Made by a program: the position numbers and the translations under genes. DNA of 64,000 nt from Orbicella franksi (taxonomy: Eukaryota), in NCBI GenBank assembly GCA_964199315.1, contig OZ116700.1, positions 32,612,001-32,676,000 on the forward strand, written 5' to 3'. Positions within the stretch are counted from its first letter, which is position 1, and every line of letters begins with the position of its first letter. This document shows, piece by piece, positions 58,791-64,000 of the stretch. The notes under the pieces are model-generated. The model ran no database searches. It saw only the letters and a list, made by a program, of their open reading frames with translations, and was not told where the DNA came from.

Positions 58791-59211
58791 GTTTTCGCAA
58801 GGAGAGGCAGGACACACTAATTTCGTTCGCAGGATTTTTTCAGAAAGATAACGAACCCTGAAAATAAGATTCTCATATTTATTTGTCCAAGTACTAGATA
58901 TATGTTGATAGCTAGTAAACTGAAAACAGCACAATGACGTGTTCACTGACTTGAAAAGAAGCTTACGTGAACAGAAAAAAATCCACGGTTTGCACAGATT
59001 GTCACCTGGATTGTGACACGAAAACCAAAGCATTGATTCTCTCGCCCTAGTCGCTAACTCTGCCAGTGAGCTTTTGTTATAGGACAATTTCCTGACCTTC
59101 ATTTGGCTGGAAAATTATTACTCATAGAGCTTCTGACAACGGAACCAGTCATGTTGAGGTTATTAGGTTCGATTTCCGCCGCTCACTCGAGACCGGTCTA
59201 CATTCCTTCTC

Positions 59212-59356
59212 TAGCCCGCGAGCAGGCTCACCTTCGAGTCACACGCGCGACCGGCGAAGAGCAAAGTGCTCCTGTGGGGTGGAGTCTCGTCTCGCGGCTT
59301 CACCGCGCGATTGCGCGCTCGCGCTTTTGCTCCAACGCGAGCCTGCTCACAGGCTA
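59212..59356. mobile_element. 145-bp TAG...CTA mini-element
   Basis: TIR TAGCCCGCGAGCAGGCTC / GAGCCTGCTCACAGGCTA with flanks ttccttctc / ttccttccc (9 bp, 1 mismatch). Confidence 0.7.
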
Positions 59357-60333
59357 TTCCTTCCCGAAAAGTGAGTTCGGGAGAGGAGCGCTGGCTCCTT
59401 TCGGTAACAGCGGCTGGTAATCGAGCCTACGTTGCAGTGGGCGCGCACGAGGCGCGCACGAATCCGCGCGCTCTTGAGCCCTGCCTGCTTCGATCAGCGA
59501 GAGGGACATTTTACATGTAATGTTAAAAATTTAAATTTTAACTTACGACGCAGGGTCCTGCGCCACCAAGCGCAAAGTCTACTTCAGAAATGAGCATTAC
59601 AAATGTATTCTTCACAACGTTTATATTTACATCACCTTAATTATATTAATAATTAAAAGTCAATCGCTAAATAGGTTGGGCAGCTTGCTCTACCATTGTG
59701 TTACACTATATTCCCTACCGAGAATAAAGCTTTGATTTCTGACAAACAAACCGTGAAGGTATTCCATCGTCAGTTCACATGATTTGCAGAGATGTGTAGT
59801 TGCGTAGCAACTCTACGAAATAAATTAACGTCCATTTTTAATTCGTGTCCTCCTATTGACGGTGAATTGCCAAATTACTCTTTCAAATAGCCGAGGACCT
59901 AGCGGGCCTAGCTGGAGAGTGTGAGAAAACTTCCATTTCCATACAACTCTCTGTACAAAATAATTTTTGCTAATCGAAAAACTTAGTGTGAGGGGCGGAG
60001 AAGTCAAAATAGTCACGTGCCGATAAATTGCACGTGTAGGTGTTGGCAGCTCTTTCACGGATTGGTCTCTGACAGAGAGATTTAGCTATGAAGACGTCAC
60101 GATTGTGTCACGTGTTGCCGACTGGACACTTTGCTGGCTTCTTGTTTGTGACTGACAATTTCGAAGCTTTCCTTTGCAGTCGAGTGACTGACTGAACTTT
60201 CCCGATTGCCAGAGTGCGATGAAAATTTAAATCTTGCTTTTTTGTAGCTTTCTCTTGGGCGACGCCCGGCAACCTTTATTTCCAATAACATTCCCATAAC
60301 GAAAAACCAGTCTCTCATTGCGACGGATTTTTT

Positions 60334-63300
60334 CTAAGTTCTTTTTGGCGTAGATACTCTGGTTTTCTCTGTCGTTGTAGTTGACTCAACAGTGTCCGTC
60401 GGTGACTCAGTTTGATGCCATTCTACTTTCTGTTTGTGTTGTCGGACAGCTTCCTCTACTCTTTCATCCATCATTTCTTCTGTTAGGACGCCATCGGGCG
60501 AACCGTAAGCGCTGGCCTAAAGTAAGAAAAGCTAATTAGGCAGCGTCCGCAATACGCTGGAGAAATTTGAAAACGCAGCTTTAATTCTACGGTTTGGCCT
60601 ACCGTCCACACTAATCCGTCACGAAAACGGAGCTTTTCGAAAACGCTCTTCGAACCAGAGGAATTTGAAATGTCGGCTTTGCGTTTTAGTGTGGATGGAA
60701 AACATTTTGAAAACGGAGCCAAAATGACCGGTGATTGTTGTGTTTTCAAATTCCTCCGGTGTAGTGAGAACGGAAAACATTTGATGCGTTTTCAGAGTGA
60801 AACCTCCGCTTTCAAATTTCTCCGGCGTAGTGTGGACGGAAAACATTTGATGCGTTTTCAGAGTGAAACCTCCGTTTTCAAATTCCTCAGGCGTAGTGTG
60901 AACGGAAAACATTTGATGCGTTTTCAGAGTGAAAGCTCCGTTTTCAAATTCCTCAGGCGTAGTGTGAATGGGGCCTTAGTCTCTGGCACGCAATGAAACA
61001 CTTGTCATGAAGGTCTGTTTAAAAACGTAAACAGTAGGCTTGGCTAATCATGGGTTTGACACAAGCTTGACCCACTAATTCAAAGGATAGATGATGATGA
61101 AAAAGCCAGTGAAAAACCAAGTAACTTGGTTCTAACGTTAGGTGCTGCAGGCAACGGGACAACGGTTTCTTTAATACAAAGATGGCGGTTAATTTGTGCC
61201 TAGAAGACCGGTCGATGACAACAAAACTTTAAAGTGAACGTATGGTACTGATTCAACTTTTTCACGCTTTGATACTTCCCGTTGGTTTTGTTACAGTTCT
61301 CATGTGCTCTTACCTGCCAAGCGATCGCTATTTTAGAGATTTCTCTTCCAGAAAGTCCTCTCGTTACTTCAGCAATTTGGTGACATTTCTTGCTGAAGTC
61401 GAAGTTTGCAATTTTCATCCGACTGAAAAAAAAGAGCACAATGGACACTGTCATAAATAACTTCTGGTAAATTTAATAAAAATTAAGTGCTTTAGCTGTT
61501 AAGGCTGTCTCATTTTGCAATAATCTGAGAAGACTAACAATAAATTTACATTAACTTTGAAATTCTTTCCCCTTCGGAACAACTCCTTCAAACACCTCAG
61601 GCAAGACAGCCGGCTTTTCTGTTGTTTCGCGCAGCCGGCCAGTTAATGTAACATACCATTAACTGAGTAATTTGGCAGCTGTGCACTGTACTTTACCAAG
61701 AGCGAATCATCCTGTTTTATCTTCATTAGGTTCGATTTCCGCCGCTCTCTCGGGTCCAGTCGGGTCCGGTCGAGTCCAGTCGGGCCCTGTCGCGTTCGTC
61801 CCCGAGAGGGGTTAATACGGGCTCATTTCTTTAAACAGCAGCAGAAATCTTATTTACAGAAAAAAATAAATTTTCGCTGGAATCCGTTGTTTGTCTCACC
61901 TGGCACGAGATCCAGTGGTAGCCGGCTTTAACACGTGCTCTTCAAAATATTGACGAACTAATCGGACCCGTTCCTCGAGGGATGGCAGACCAAACTCGAT
62001 CATCTCGTCTAACCTGTCATTGATGGCCCAGTCAAACTGGTCAGGCTGGTTACTGGCGAGTACGAGCATAAACCTGCACACAAAGAAAGAAAAATGAACA
62101 AAAACAGAGGAAAAAAATTATGAAGAAACGATTCAATACCGTGCAGTTGGGAATTTGAGAATAGCAAAACAAACAAAAAAAATTTGCATTACAGAATTTT
62201 TCAATTTCTAGCTTAAAGTAAAAAGAAAACTTTCGGTTTTAACACCAAGTAATAAATCTCTTACTTGCGCGAAGATTCTCCAGTTCTGTAGAGGAAGGCA
62301 TTGAGTGTACTTCGCAAGTCTTCGCTCATCTTTTCCTGAGTGGCCAACAAAATATCTTGTACTTAGTCAAGTTTACACTACACCCTCAGTAAAAGGTACA
62401 CATTCTTCCTCGTTTAATTCGACATCATTATTTCTAAGGCCTACAGTCCACACTAATCGGCCATGAAAACGGAGCTTTTCGAAAACGCTCTTCAAACCGG
62501 AAGGAATTTGAAAATGCCAGGTTTTTGTTTCCGTGTGGACAGAGAACATTTGGAAAACGGAGCTTTTATTTCGAAAGCGATGGCGTCACGATAATCATGT
62601 GATTTTCCTGACCTGGTTTTCCTCAAACACAAATCCAAAATGAGCGGTGATCGTTGCGTTTTAAAATTTCCCCGGCGTAGTGTGGACGGAAAACATTTAA
62701 TGCGTTTTCAGAGTGAAACGCCGTTCTCAAATTTCCCTGGGGTAGTGTGGACGGGGTCTTGCTCTATTCAATCTTTTTTGTAGTAGCGTTAAACACTATT
62801 GACGCGCGCATGTAGGAACTCTGTGTTCTAAGGACAAAATGTCGCCCTTACCTGATTACGTTTCCGCAAAAAAGCGTCCGCTTCGTCAACAAAGAGCAAA
62901 AGCCTGGAGGACAGAGGCGAACGAAAAAATAAGGTATTTAACTCGCAAACACAGGACAACGCGAACAATTTTTTGCTCACCCTCTCCTTGAAGTCTGTGC
63001 CCAGTCAAATACTTTATGCATGGCCGTCACACCCTCCTTCCCCATAGGAACAATGTCACCTCCCGTCATGATGCCGTAATCCATCCCAGAATGCTTGGCG
63101 AGGCTCTGAAAAACAGAGAGTAGCTTTTAGAAACTTTTTCGATTCAAAACTTTTAAGTGTAGAGATAAAAGCTAGTGAAGTTGCTTCCAAGTGATCGTTG
63201 CAGCCCCTAATGACCACTTTATTGCGGGATAAGTCAAGAAAATTACAACACTAGACCGAGATTGAATATAACTGAATGTACGGCCCAGAAATATCGTCTT

Positions 63301-63546
63301 CGCTTACAAGAGAAAGAATCACTTTACGAGACGTTTCCTGGGATTAGGGAAAGAGTTAGGCGACTTATATCTATGAATTCCAAAGACTGCCAGCGATCAC
63401 CAACGAGCAAATCCTCTCACCTTTGCAAACATAGTCTTCCCAGTTCCTGGTGGGCCATAAAACAACAGATTTCTGTAGAGTCCTTTGTTTTTCTTTGTGT
63501 TGGCTGTTGCTTTGCTAACTTCTTGAAGCCTTGTTTCGAGGGAGGG
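60334..63546 (-). CDS. ATAD3: ATPase family AAA domain-containing protein 3, 3' seven exons (5' part beyond the window)
   Basis: Exons (minus): 63546-63421, 63105-62981, 62903-62852, 62335-62265, 62073-61900, 61422-61314, 60516-60334. Walker [20 protein letters not shown], Walker [36 protein letters not shown]. Confidence 0.95.
60539..60975. mobile_element. Tourist/Harbinger-type MITE with TTA TSD and three internal 66-bp repeats
   Basis: tta|ggc.gcgtcc...gtgtgaatggggcc|tta. The ggaaaacatttgatgcgttttcagagtgaaa unit occurs at 60772, 60838 and 60904. Confidence 0.8.
62438..62758. mobile_element. MITE, same family as 60539-60975
   Basis: Shares gtccacactaatc...aaaacggagcttttcgaaaacgc and gtagtgtggacggaaaacattt. 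Confidence 0.75.
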
Positions 63547-63784
63547 CTGTAATGAAGTGATTAAGGACACAAAAATTTACATTGAAGTATTTTTAATAGA
63601 TTGGAATATCACAACTTATTACATGACTAAGTTAGTTCAGAGGGCCAGCAAGTAAAATCAACCAATCACACTGCTCCATTGCCGGCCCCTGGTCTTTTTT
63701 GTACGGACCTTACTATGTCCATTCTGTACTATCAAAACGTCGGGCCAACATTTTTCCAGTACAGTCCTTGCGCTTGGATAATAA

Positions 63785-64000
63785 GGCCCCGACCACACTG
63801 AATAAATGCGCTTTCGTTTGAAAACGCATACTTTTGGATACGTTTTCTTCTACTGTCCACGCTAAATGCCCGAAAACGCTGATGCAAACAGAGACTTTTG
63901 ACGACGGTGTTTAAAGTGGTGCGTTTTGCAAACGCATCCTTTCTAGTATGCACAGGTGAAAACGGAGACCTTTGAAAATGGTGACGAAAAAATGCATCTA
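63785..64000. mobile_element. Related MITE, truncated by the window end
   Basis: taa|ggccccgaccacact... with gaaaacg repeats. Confidence 0.6.

Noticed and set aside
60619-60996. Repetitive ORFs on both strands
   Set aside because: They derive from the 66-bp internal repeats of a MITE.

Overview
AT-rich, intron-rich animal genomic DNA, probably a cnidarian or stony coral (inferred from gene structure and repeat types). I assembled genes exon by exon using splice-site phase. In order: the 3' part of a two-PDZ protein (+); an 82-aa single-TM microprotein (-); DNAJC11 (-, 21 exons) head-to-head with ALDH4A1 (+, 21 exons); an 89-aa secreted, 10-Cys, strongly cationic peptide (-); ALG3 (-, 9 exons) head-to-head with a folate-receptor-family gene (+); an intronless casein kinase I alpha (+); tRNA-Ser(AGA); a 480-aa multi-pass membrane protein with gustatory-receptor-like (GRL/7TMIC) features (-); and the 3' half of ATAD3 (-). 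Introns carry many tRNA-derived SINEs, MITEs and hairpin elements, plus a 2.2-kb TIR element with two divergent ORFs. Highlights: the cationic Cys-rich peptide, the GRL-like channel candidate, and a U12-type AT-AC intron in ALG3 whose branch point was duplicated by a SINE target-site duplication. No database searches were run, so family calls rest on motif recognition.
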